A DNA stretch of 64,000 bases, taken from the IMG/VR virus record IMGVR_UViG_3300017766_003100, positions 64,001 to 128,000 of that record. One strand, written 5' to 3'. Positions 50,801-58,187 of this stretch are shown in pieces (the first letter of the stretch is position 1; every line of letters begins with the position of its first letter). Position numbers and translations under genes: made by a program. The notes under the pieces were generated by a model, which was given only the letters and a program-made list of their open reading frames with translations, did no database searches and was not told the DNA's origin. This DNA comes from a virus (Duplodnaviria; Caudoviricetes).

Positions 50801-51897
50801 TAATAGGTAAAAATGATTGGGATAAGTCAAACAAAGTTGTTGGTTTTAATGTTGATGTTGGTCCTCAAAACCAAGGTATTTTTATTAGTTTTAATGTTGG
50901 ACAAGATGCTGGAAAAGCAACTGCCGAGTCATTAGAAGCTACAAATATGTTGGCAAATCAAGGTAATAACAGAGCGGGTTCATCACAAAGTATTTCATTA
51001 TATAACTTGTATAAAAATAGAAGTTATAGTTGTGAAGTTGAAATGATGGGTAATGCCTTGATTCAACCCACAATGTATTTCAATTTGAGAAATGTACCAA
51101 TGTTTAGTGGGCCTTATAAGATTTTGGAAGTTAACCATAGTATTAGGCCTGGTATGTTTTCAACTAGATTTAGTGGTATAAGACAACCAACTGCCGCATT
51201 ACCAAAGATTGACAATTTCTTACAATCTTTAAAACAGAATTTAGTTCAGACTATAATTGAAAAGAATAAACAAGAAAAAGATGCTAAACAAAAGAAGGAA
51301 ACAAGTACAAATAGTGTAACAACTAGAACTACAACACCAACTAAACTTAATTCAGTAGGAAGTACTCAGAATTGTACAGCATCAACAAAATATAATACTT
51401 ATGTTGCTGAAAAACCATCATCAACATTCCAAACACTTCAAAATTTGATTAATCAAATTTCTACCAAAACAGATGATGTGTTAATAAGATATTGTATGTT
51501 TGCAAGAATTTATTTAATTTCAGGTGGTGATACATTAATAGAATCTTATGCTAACAACTTAGCGGGTATTACATTAAATCAAGATTGGGGTCCTGCGGAA
51601 AGTTACTTTTCAAAAAGTAAGAAATTCTTCTGTACACCAGCAAATAACCCAATGGTTTATTTTGATACCTTGGATGACCAACTAAATTTTATGTTTGCAA
51701 GATGGAGAAATTATCCATCATCATTAAAATTACAAAATAATGTAACTGATATTACAAAGTTTGCTATTATAACTTTAAGTGCTGACGCGACAAATGGTCA
51801 AGAGGTATATAAATCATATATTGGAACCAACGATTTGAAAAATTATGAATCTATTATACAGAAATCTATCGATTTATATAATTCAGTAATTAGATAA
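44872..51897 (+). CDS. Giant baseplate hub-like protein (2341 aa)
   Basis: N-terminal GITSINI...ISIEL.D..GRALF and late SCEVEMMGNALIQP...FSGPY.I.EV.H.I..G.F.T.F.G hub (gp27/late control D-like) patterns. Confidence 0.6.
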   Translation: MVDKQENILVEFDYNNIIIIDPNKIIDENGKSKQRLVQHENLVMYANLECDVLPRTKLAIGVAPNDAIETISVAKINFLKPGGKTFLDTSWTDEITGKGTVTGDGVNQPKQTSIKNPNKDNDFYIRQTIQSGGKPGSVDNGLLGITSINIRQTTAFMPTISIELVDIKGRALFESGDNSPYAAFFNLPYPLFYLTIKGYYGKAVRLGLMLQKFNARFQPESGNFKIDLMFYTYKYTILSELSMAALIAAPHMYKTRISTQSSSGGPTTLVKVNESITERGYQKIKELYSEYKSKGLIPDDLPELTLVQLKERLDTFIKDKLDTFTKQNLEPISGCDDYQKNLKEYQGAIYYYTAGRISWFNKYLDKNNFFVLNNNTETKVYTFKKEINTPDLRQAAVSELDGIVQEFNKKLNSNPVVGEKGNYKIDGKTFNVSVSNPITTNVFNVSVNYTNINTKQTYIQRKGSEPNSDQLAQFEKELAQAFIVNTSEATLKNGTKLPITNFYIFEGPNTFIDLTEKMGRDLKVIREQIEQELTLALTNLLENKSDGIGFVPNMRNVLAVVFASGEAFLRMMDDVHTKAWDLSDNPIRKQIVLNTQTAGASQETFNNGDIQNTPIYPWPQYIEETTGENGHEKYELRYPGDSSVISKTKGYLLDVWPEIEFVEEFIKGFTERKSPPAENKNSNEVTEVKRVSLNAIEFPIGNYVFSNKEEVKFFFEIYERMLYLSNYSKLSRVSDAPSFTDPIVKIISECEKINIKNGLSDGAPFIKDKLKNYLISSGNFLQLLRQFSNNGRGESWQNYIRGIFNTKYIKNTINNASFEFLDSRILNEKFTQPAITLTDETKIQDFISSSTNSKFDFTDTFPFTNKNWVKTYLAQSSTIDTPESAFKTPEVLKYNQTNKIIANFLPTATNTFARPFTVFVQENGTEPNPIPNNAQNSQVTNSQLIDFYQRPSDKQIITEGRIRYNNYSGSVSFEQTTSILNTPYFVNSIQIGQKNFRNYDKHPYVASAYLLLNSLPLITLKEKYTKYENDKTIFMDYIFATLKKFGAIHKVPYVWILKMGSVWYRYKKYVEENVDILDECWKSFDSVPNYDPITSAATKTYNLTINGSPIDLVLEDNNVIGLETSSLINVGFYPKLINDFNVFLNGYEIIQSNSQVNGTCSVTGTTLTITQVNSNTLQPGYILAGINLLPNTTIISQIGGTPGGVGTYEITPTQTGSTALFSVTNATSVGYTSSNIQSALDFSGLSMYYVSNAIINEPEGVDPNNPLRDLRIIPWSLSVDTNNKNFMYVLPSSGSLFNQTKNECFDNNNKLTQEVTGNTSVHNGAVRLFWTAPNYGYFDNTRITKVKPNEYLKRVLTADTYQDIFTLTGFGDEYSKIDEIFSVFEKSVLDGFEKEFLKFSKSIYDYEDDSSSNLTLTTSQTSTTTTTTKSSSGQDTSTEITSAVNDITKSLKEVGDTIIDKRNRNFQQLMRTLLSVPKITGNTGYEYVKKVQSSQFSTIKSVLSDFLNYDVTFKYGNPSAFDRKLFNTFSTLPFTDPYEWDTYTNSTPNALPKLNGTTTLSSSQIIYSGAWATLQTYVGFSEIPELKYSNNGSYITDFFIDLNVAFTPENIELFAPIIKIYATQKLNQFQSNYIPPQQPLQPSPDVVATAFLKSGGTVNVEKLGPKFRTTYYNSDNVLLFEGAYTFTFSNDVYTTSGSEIYYTALINETIIGIFGSTTTNPTDPQYITTFDRVTPTTYNPEPSSSNRNNSSAFYEAMDNYLNKINNFQNKIIDSTMIDVRNSLDSITINAEERDQSVLQGEPQPKLEIWESFKALNDKWIAGGDFKTKTLFEDVLLLDRASRNIGDKVLVDIYKLKDRLQTVIEKETNKTTMLIFVQNILVENNFVVMNLPSYVNFYGVQDAVKNPKPKVEDTLDFANTMFGTFLNVDYRESSAKMVCFYGGKPSEQLDLKNNVDYRKRSDAFELRRASDNPLVENLIGKNDWDKSNKVVGFNVDVGPQNQGIFISFNVGQDAGKATAESLEATNMLANQGNNRAGSSQSISLYNLYKNRSYSCEVEMMGNALIQPTMYFNLRNVPMFSGPYKILEVNHSIRPGMFSTRFSGIRQPTAALPKIDNFLQSLKQNLVQTIIEKNKQEKDAKQKKETSTNSVTTRTTTPTKLNSVGSTQNCTASTKYNTYVAEKPSSTFQTLQNLINQISTKTDDVLIRYCMFARIYLISGGDTLIESYANNLAGITLNQDWGPAESYFSKSKKFFCTPANNPMVYFDTLDDQLNFMFARWRNYPSSLKLQNNVTDITKFAIITLSADATNGQEVYKSYIGTNDLKNYESIIQKSIDLYNSVIR

Positions 51898-51936
51898 ATT
51901 TTTAATTAAATTAAGATATTTATAATAAAAAATATT

Positions 51937-52161
51937 ATGAGCGTAAAAATATTATTAGATAATTATTTAGGTAAAAACACCAAAACAACTGAAAAAGACT
52001 TAGGTGATGGTTCTAAACAAGTATGTGATTTAGAAACTGGTGAATGTTATGTTGTTAGAATGAAAGATGGTTTAATTGAAAGAGTAGATAATACACTCAA
52101 AACACACAAAAGAATCCAAGTTGAAACTACTAACGGAATAAAACAACTTTTAAATGGTTAA
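51937..52161 (+). CDS. Hypothetical protein
   Basis: 74-aa ORF with TATTTAT at 51917-51923; contains VCDLETGECY. Confidence 0.6.
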   Translation: MSVKILLDNYLGKNTKTTEKDLGDGSKQVCDLETGECYVVRMKDGLIERVDNTLKTHKRIQVETTNGIKQLLNG

Positions 52162-52165
52162 TAAA

Positions 52166-52876
52166 ATGAAAGTAGATATCAGAATACTTAATGAAATAAG
52201 ACGATACAAAGACATTAATAATTACATTTTTGAACAAGATGTACCACCACCACCTCCTGGTGAGGCAGGAGCCGCTGCACCGCCTCCACCACCCGCTGAT
52301 GCTGGATTAGGTGCACCTCCTCCACCCCCTGCTGGTGAAGTACCTGGTGGAGCACCCCCACCTCCTGGTGGTGTAGCCCCAATTACGCCTTCACCTGAAC
52401 CTGTTAATGTTGAACAAGACCCTGAAGTTGAAAAGGTTGATGATAAGACAAAAGAGAAGAAAATTAAGGTAACTGATTTAGTTAAGGGACAAGAAAATGT
52501 TGAAAAGAAACAAGAAACATATTTTGAGAATCTATTTCAGCAACTTGATGATTTAGAAAATAAATTATCAAGTATGGATAGTATTATTGACAAATTAAAT
52601 TCTATTGAAACAAAAATAGAAAAATATAGAGTAAAAACACCTGAAGAAAAATTACAATTAAGAAGTTTAGATTCAGGTCCTTTTAATCAAAAGTTAAGTC
52701 AATTCTTTGATGAAAAGGAAGATGAATTTGAAGAGACAGGAAAAGAACAATATATTCTAACTCCTGATGAGGTTGAAAATTATTCTCCGAATGAAATTAA
52801 AAAAAGTTTCAGAGAATTTAAAGATACTGAAGACTTCGATGGATTTAATAATAGTGGATTTCAAAAAATTTACTAG
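52166..52876 (+). CDS. Proline-rich, coiled-coil hypothetical protein (likely start 52166)
   Basis: Poly-Pro/Ala tract followed by a heptad-rich segment (LDDLENKLSSMDSIIDKLNSIE). Confidence 0.6.
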   Translation: MKVDIRILNEIRRYKDINNYIFEQDVPPPPPGEAGAAAPPPPPADAGLGAPPPPPAGEVPGGAPPPPGGVAPITPSPEPVNVEQDPEVEKVDDKTKEKKIKVTDLVKGQENVEKKQETYFENLFQQLDDLENKLSSMDSIIDKLNSIETKIEKYRVKTPEEKLQLRSLDSGPFNQKLSQFFDEKEDEFEETGKEQYILTPDEVENYSPNEIKKSFREFKDTEDFDGFNNSGFQKIY

Positions 52877-52884
52877 TTTAAAAT

Positions 52885-52913
52885 TTGACAAACTCACGGC
52901 TGACACTTATAAT
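52885..52913 (+). promoter_or_regulatory. Sigma70-consensus promoter of the SSB/recA region
   Basis: TTGACA-17 nt-TATAAT. Confidence 0.75.
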
Positions 52914-52950
52914 TGTGTATAATATTTTCTAATTAAAAAATTTAAAAAAC

Positions 52951-53799
52951 ATGGCGACAAATCCTTTAGATGCGATTTTGGCTCAGTACGAGCAATCACA
53001 AAAATCAAGCACAAACACCAACAAAATGTCTCAAGATGAGAGAATGAAGAAATACTTCGCAGCTCTATTAAAAGACAATGAAAAACAAGGACAAAAAAGA
53101 TTAAGAATTTTACCAACCAATGATGGTACTTCACCTTTTAAAGAAGTATGGTTTCACGAAATCCAAGTTGATGGTAAATGGCAGAAATTCTATGACCCAG
53201 GAAAGAACGATAATGAACGTTCACCACTTTCTGAAGTGTATGAAGAATTAATGGCGACAGGTAGAGATGCCGACAAAGAACTTGCCAAACAATATAAACC
53301 TCGAAAATTTTACATCGTTAAATTAATTGACCGTGACAACGAGCAAGATGGTGTAAAATTTTGGAGATTTAAACACAACTACAAAAACGAAGGTATATTA
53401 GATAAACTAATTCCTATCTTCCGTGCTAAAGGTGATGTAACTGACCCTGAAAAAGGTAGAGACATTATCCTTGAAATGACTAAAGCCAAAACACCAAAAG
53501 GTGCAACGTACACAGTTATACAAACAATTATGTATGATGACCCCGCACCAATTCACACAGATAAATCAACTGCTGATGGTTGGGTGAATGATGAATTAGG
53601 TTGGGCAGATGTTTATTCTAAAAAACCTGTAGAATACCTAGAAGCTATTGCAAGAGGTGAAACACCTAAATGGGATAGTGAAAAGGGTGGTTACACTTAT
53701 GGTAACTCCGATGCTGGTGAAGTATCCTTTGGTGGTAAATCTTCTTCTTATGAAGACCCTCAAGTTGACTTTGAGGCTGATGGTGACCTACCTTTCTAA
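52951..53799 (+). CDS. ssb: Single-stranded DNA-binding protein, T4 gp32-like
   Basis: RLRILP...PF.EVWFH, KPRKFY, GVKFWRF, GRDI.L patterns; acidic tail ending DGDLPF. Confidence 0.8.
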   Translation: MATNPLDAILAQYEQSQKSSTNTNKMSQDERMKKYFAALLKDNEKQGQKRLRILPTNDGTSPFKEVWFHEIQVDGKWQKFYDPGKNDNERSPLSEVYEELMATGRDADKELAKQYKPRKFYIVKLIDRDNEQDGVKFWRFKHNYKNEGILDKLIPIFRAKGDVTDPEKGRDIILEMTKAKTPKGATYTVIQTIMYDDPAPIHTDKSTADGWVNDELGWADVYSKKPVEYLEAIARGETPKWDSEKGGYTYGNSDAGEVSFGGKSSSYEDPQVDFEADGDLPF

Positions 53800-53814
53800 A
53801 AAAAACAAAAAAAG

Positions 53815-53848
53815 CATAGACATTATATAGACAAAGTGTCTATGTTTT
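53815..53848 (+). terminator. Possible intrinsic terminator with two alternative 5' arms
   Basis: CATAGACA (53815) or ATAGACA (53827) can pair with TGTCTATG (53837-53844), followed by T4. Confidence 0.45.
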
Positions 53849-53875
53849 ATTATTTATTCCTTTAAAAATTATATA

Positions 53876-54877
53876 ATGGCAATTAAGAAAAAAGAAATAA
53901 CTTTGGATTCTATCAAATCCAAGTTTTCGACTAAAACTAAGTATAAACCAGAAACTTTCTATAATTGTGGTGATGCTTTTATGGAAGCTTGTGGGTTACC
54001 AGGTCCTGTTATGGGAGGTATTAACATTTTCTTGGGGCATACGAATACTTCGAAAACTACAGCTTTAATATTAGCCGCGGCTGATGCTCAAAAAAGAGGA
54101 CATTTACCTGTGTTTATTATTACTGAAAAGAAATGGAATTGGCCTCACGCTGTTGAACTTGGTTTGCAAGCAGAAATGGATTCAGATGGAAATTGGGATG
54201 GAAATTTTATATTTAATGATAGTTTTGATTATTTGGAACAAGCAACAGATTACATCAATGACTTACTTGATGCACAAGAAAAAGGAGAACTTCCCTATGA
54301 TTTACTTATTTTATGGGATAGTGTGGGTTCTTTACCTTGTCAAATGACATTTGAAGGTAAAGGTGGAAAAATGCACAATGCCGCAGCTCTTGCAGATAAA
54401 ATAGGTATGGGTATTCATTCTAGAATTACGAAATCTAAGAAAGAAGATTACCCATATTATAATACTATGGTTGTAATCAACCAACCTTGGGTTCAATTAC
54501 CCTCTAATCCTTTTGGTCAACCAAAAATTAAAGCTAAGGGTGGTGAAGCACTATGGTTAGCGGCTTCTTTGGTCTTTCTTTTTGGTAACGAGGCCGATAA
54601 TGGTATAAATCATATTACGGCAACAAAAAATGGAAGAACTGTATCATATGCTGTTAGAACTAAAATCTCCATATTAAAAAATCACGTAAATGGTATTGCT
54701 TACAAGGATGGAAAAATTATTGCAGTACCTCAAGGTTATATTTCTGATACAAAAGAAGCATTAGAAAAATATAAGAAAGAATTTTCACAATATTGGAATG
54801 CGATTTTGAGTGGTACGGGTGAAATCACTTTGGAAGAAAGTACATCCGACATTAATGAAATTTCTTACGAAGATTAA
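53876..54877 (+). CDS. recA: RecA/UvsX-like recombinase
   Basis: P-loop GHTNTSKT, Walker B ILWDSVGSL, VINQ, GGEAL, RTKISILKN. Confidence 0.85.
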   Translation: MAIKKKEITLDSIKSKFSTKTKYKPETFYNCGDAFMEACGLPGPVMGGINIFLGHTNTSKTTALILAAADAQKRGHLPVFIITEKKWNWPHAVELGLQAEMDSDGNWDGNFIFNDSFDYLEQATDYINDLLDAQEKGELPYDLLILWDSVGSLPCQMTFEGKGGKMHNAAALADKIGMGIHSRITKSKKEDYPYYNTMVVINQPWVQLPSNPFGQPKIKAKGGEALWLAASLVFLFGNEADNGINHITATKNGRTVSYAVRTKISILKNHVNGIAYKDGKIIAVPQGYISDTKEALEKYKKEFSQYWNAILSGTGEITLEESTSDINEISYED

Positions 54878-54926
54878 AAAAAGTAATAAAATTATTACTT
54901 TTATAAATTTCGATATATTTATTAAT

Positions 54927-55091
54927 ATGGGAAGAAAGAAAATTGAAGAAAATAAAAAAAAGGTAAAAATTTCAGTTGCAATAGACCCTGAACTCCCAAA
55001 TCTTTTTAAGTTGAAACATATAAATCTTTCTTCCTTAGTTAATAAACTATTAAAAGAATATATTGAAAATGAATACAAAAATTTGTTGTAG
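54927..55091 (+). CDS. 54-aa ribbon-helix-helix / CcdA-like protein (start corrected to 54927)
   Basis: KVKISVAIDPEL...INLSSLVNKLLKEY; TATTTAT 4 nt upstream of the ATG. Confidence 0.6.
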   Translation: MGRKKIEENKKKVKISVAIDPELPNLFKLKHINLSSLVNKLLKEYIENEYKNLL

Positions 55092-55638
55092 ATGTGGTGA
55101 AGAAAGAAGTATTACTGAATTTCGTAAAGATAGTTCTAAAAAGGATAAAGTAAGACCTGAATGTAAAATCTGTTTGAAAACATCTGAAATGATTTTTAGA
55201 AATGAAAATCCAAAAGAAATGGGTGAAAGATTAAAAAAATTCTATGAAAAAAATCCTGATAAAAGAAAAAAATATCGAGAAAAATATAGAACAAGAAAAC
55301 AAGAACGAAAAAAAGAAAGAACAGAAACAGACCCTACTTACAACCTTGTAAATCGTATTAGATGTAGATTATGGAAATATCTTAAAATTCATAAAATATA
55401 CAAAAACAATAGTACTTTTGAAATAATTGGATGTACTCCATCAGAGTTGAAAGAACATATAGAAAAACAATTTATAGATGGTATGAATTGGGATAATAAA
55501 GGAAATTGGCATATAGACCATATCATTCCCTTATCATCGGCAAAAACAGAGGAGGAACTCATCAAATTATTTCACTTTAGTAATTTACAACCATTATGGG
55601 CTATAGATAATATCAAAAAGAGTAACAAAATACTTTAA
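55069..55638 (+). CDS. HNH endonuclease, probably homing, with an N-terminal Cys zinc-finger
   Basis: KICCRCGEE...ECKIC; WHIDHIIPL...NLQPLWAIDNIKKSNK. Confidence 0.85.
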   Translation: MNTKICCRCGEERSITEFRKDSSKKDKVRPECKICLKTSEMIFRNENPKEMGERLKKFYEKNPDKRKKYREKYRTRKQERKKERTETDPTYNLVNRIRCRLWKYLKIHKIYKNNSTFEIIGCTPSELKEHIEKQFIDGMNWDNKGNWHIDHIIPLSSAKTEEELIKLFHFSNLQPLWAIDNIKKSNKIL

Positions 55639-55673
55639 TTGATTTTAACAAAGTTTTTATTTAAATTTAAATT

Positions 55674-56681
55674 ATGAATAAATTAAAAGTTATATCACTA
55701 TTTTCGGGTTATGGGACACAAGAATTGGCACTAAAATATATTGGTGTTGATTTTGAGAATGTTGCAAATTGTGACATCCTTAAAACCGCGAATATTACTT
55801 ACGATTCATTACATACAACAACATTGGGTAACTTGGGGGACATTTCTAAGGTAAATGAGAATGAGTTCCCCCAATGTGACCTAATGACTTACTCATTCCC
55901 TTGTCAAGATATATCAATATCAGGAGTACAAAAAGGAATTCAAAAAGGTACGAGAAGTGGTTTATTATATGAAGTCGAAAGAATTTTAACAAAGAATCAA
56001 CCAAAGTATCTTTTGATGGAGAATGTTAAGAACTTGGTATCTCACAATCATATAGATAACTTTAAAGCTCATATATCATTCTTAAATGAATTGGGATATG
56101 GATGTTCTTGGAGGGTTTTAAATGGTGCTGACTATGGTTGTCCCCAAAATAGGGAGAGAGTCTTTATGATGTCAGTTTTTGGAATGACAAATGATGAAGT
56201 TGGGAAGATTATGGATGGTGTTGAAAAACACAAAAAACAAAGAGTACCAATGAGACCATTCATTGAAAATGACATTGTGGAGGACTTATTTATTGAATGT
56301 GAAGTTACACCTAACGAACCCAAAAAGAATAGTGTGTGTAGACTTGTGGGACGTAGAAACGATGTAAGTTACGACCAAGCAAGACGTATCTATTCTATTG
56401 ATGGTTGTTCACCTTGTTTAACTACAACTGGTTCACCACAGATTATGACAGAGGATGGTAGAATTAGAACAATTACTGGTAGAGAAGGTTATCGATTTAT
56501 GGGTGTTAGAGAAGAAGATATTGATAAATTATTATCAACAAGTCTAACAACAAACAATCACGTTGCTTTGGCAGGTAACTCAATTTGTGTTCCTGTAATG
56601 GAAGCAATATTTACAGAATTTTTGGGTGAATACATCACATCCGAATACAAAAAAGAAGAAAACAATTTTGTTAACCCTTAA
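55674..56681 (+). CDS. dcm: DNA (cytosine-5)-methyltransferase
   Basis: LFSGYG (I), SFPCQDIS (IV), MENVKNL (VI), PQNRERVF (VIII), LAGNSI (X). Confidence 0.95.
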   Translation: MNKLKVISLFSGYGTQELALKYIGVDFENVANCDILKTANITYDSLHTTTLGNLGDISKVNENEFPQCDLMTYSFPCQDISISGVQKGIQKGTRSGLLYEVERILTKNQPKYLLMENVKNLVSHNHIDNFKAHISFLNELGYGCSWRVLNGADYGCPQNRERVFMMSVFGMTNDEVGKIMDGVEKHKKQRVPMRPFIENDIVEDLFIECEVTPNEPKKNSVCRLVGRRNDVSYDQARRIYSIDGCSPCLTTTGSPQIMTEDGRIRTITGREGYRFMGVREEDIDKLLSTSLTTNNHVALAGNSICVPVMEAIFTEFLGEYITSEYKKEENNFVNP

Positions 56682-56690
56682 AAAAAATTA

Positions 56691-57698
56691 ATGACAAAAA
56701 CATTATTAATTGATGGTAATAACCTAATGAAGATTGGATTTCATGGGGTTAAAGAATATTACCACAATGGTAATCATATTGGGGGTATTTGGCACTTTTT
56801 AAATACAACCAAAAGGTTTATTGAAGAATACAATTTTGATAAAGTAATTGCTTTTTGGGATGGTGAAGGTAATTCAAGTAAAAGAAAGATTATATACCCC
56901 CAATATAAAGAAAATAGGGTAGTCGAATCCAATGTGTTTAAAGAAGAATCTTTTTCATATCAAAAGGAAAGGGTTAAACAATATTTGGAAGAAATGTTCA
57001 TTAGACAAGTTAACATTGAGAACAATGAGGCTGATGATTTAATTGCTTATTATTGTCAAATCGCAACAGACGAATTAATTACAATATTCTCATCTGATAA
57101 GGATTTAACACAACTTATTTCCCCAAATGTTTCAATTTATTCACCATCCGCAAAACAAATGTATAGAAATGGGGATAAGATTAAATTAAAAGAACATTCA
57201 ATTCCCCATAATAATATTTTGACATACAAGGTATTATGTGGTGATAAATCAGATAATATTGATGGGATATATTATTTGGGTGATAAAACTTTATTTAAAT
57301 TTTTTCCCGAACTACTTGAACAAGACGTAACAATTGACGATATTTTAACCAAGGCTGAAAACCTTTTGAAAGAAGATAAAGAAAACAATACCATTAAAAA
57401 CCTTTTAACTGGAAAAACAAAAACAGGAATTTATGGTGATGAATTCTTTGAAATCAATAAAAAGATTGTAGATTTGTCCCAACCATTAATTGACGATGAA
57501 GGAAAAGAGATGGTTGAACTCTATTATAAGGAGACATTAGACCCTGATGGTAGAGGACATAGAAATCTGATAAAAATGATGATGGAAGATGGGTTCTTTA
57601 AATTTCTTCCAAAAGGTGATGATGCTTGGGTAAATTTTTTAAAACCATTTTTGAAACTTACAAGAAAAGAAAAACACAATTTTAAAACAAAAAAATGA
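56691..57698 (+). CDS. 5'-3' exonuclease / flap endonuclease (T4 RNase H or PolA N-terminal-like)
   Basis: LLIDGNNL, EADDLIA, SSDKDLTQL, GDKSDNIDGI..LGDKT. Confidence 0.9.
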   Translation: MTKTLLIDGNNLMKIGFHGVKEYYHNGNHIGGIWHFLNTTKRFIEEYNFDKVIAFWDGEGNSSKRKIIYPQYKENRVVESNVFKEESFSYQKERVKQYLEEMFIRQVNIENNEADDLIAYYCQIATDELITIFSSDKDLTQLISPNVSIYSPSAKQMYRNGDKIKLKEHSIPHNNILTYKVLCGDKSDNIDGIYYLGDKTLFKFFPELLEQDVTIDDILTKAENLLKEDKENNTIKNLLTGKTKTGIYGDEFFEINKKIVDLSQPLIDDEGKEMVELYYKETLDPDGRGHRNLIKMMMEDGFFKFLPKGDDAWVNFLKPFLKLTRKEKHNFKTKK

Positions 57699-57704
57699 TT
57701 AACA

Positions 57705-58160
57705 ATGAGAGAACAAAATGATGTAACCAAACTGGAATTCTTGATGATGGTAAATGATAACATTATCGTACAAAGATTTTTCAACGTAAGAGACTATAAT
57801 CCTGATACAAGGAATTCTATGGAATTTCTTGATTATATGAATGATTTAGTCGAAAGACTTAACTATCAACTTAAGATGAAGTCGGTAAGTTATTTATTGG
57901 AGAATCAATATGATATTACCAATAATCCTAGTTTACTTAATACTTCATTTGTTGAAGGACCAGAGTACTTTAACATTTATTTAAAACACGGAGATAGATT
58001 ACTTTGTCACAGAAGATTTGATGCTAAAATCTATCCTCCTAAAGTCAGATATACAGTTGACATTAGACAAACAATTAAGTTAATCTTACAAGATTTAACA
58101 AGTTTATTTTCAGCAAGAGACCTTTCTTTTGATTATCTTGGACTTAATACAAGAGTGTAA
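57705..58160 (+). CDS. Hypothetical protein
   Basis: 151-aa ORF tightly packed between exonuclease and helicase. Confidence 0.65.
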   Translation: MREQNDVTKLEFLMMVNDNIIVQRFFNVRDYNPDTRNSMEFLDYMNDLVERLNYQLKMKSVSYLLENQYDITNNPSLLNTSFVEGPEYFNIYLKHGDRLLCHRRFDAKIYPPKVRYTVDIRQTIKLILQDLTSLFSARDLSFDYLGLNTRV

Positions 58161-58187
58161 TATTTATTCATACAACAATTCAAACAT

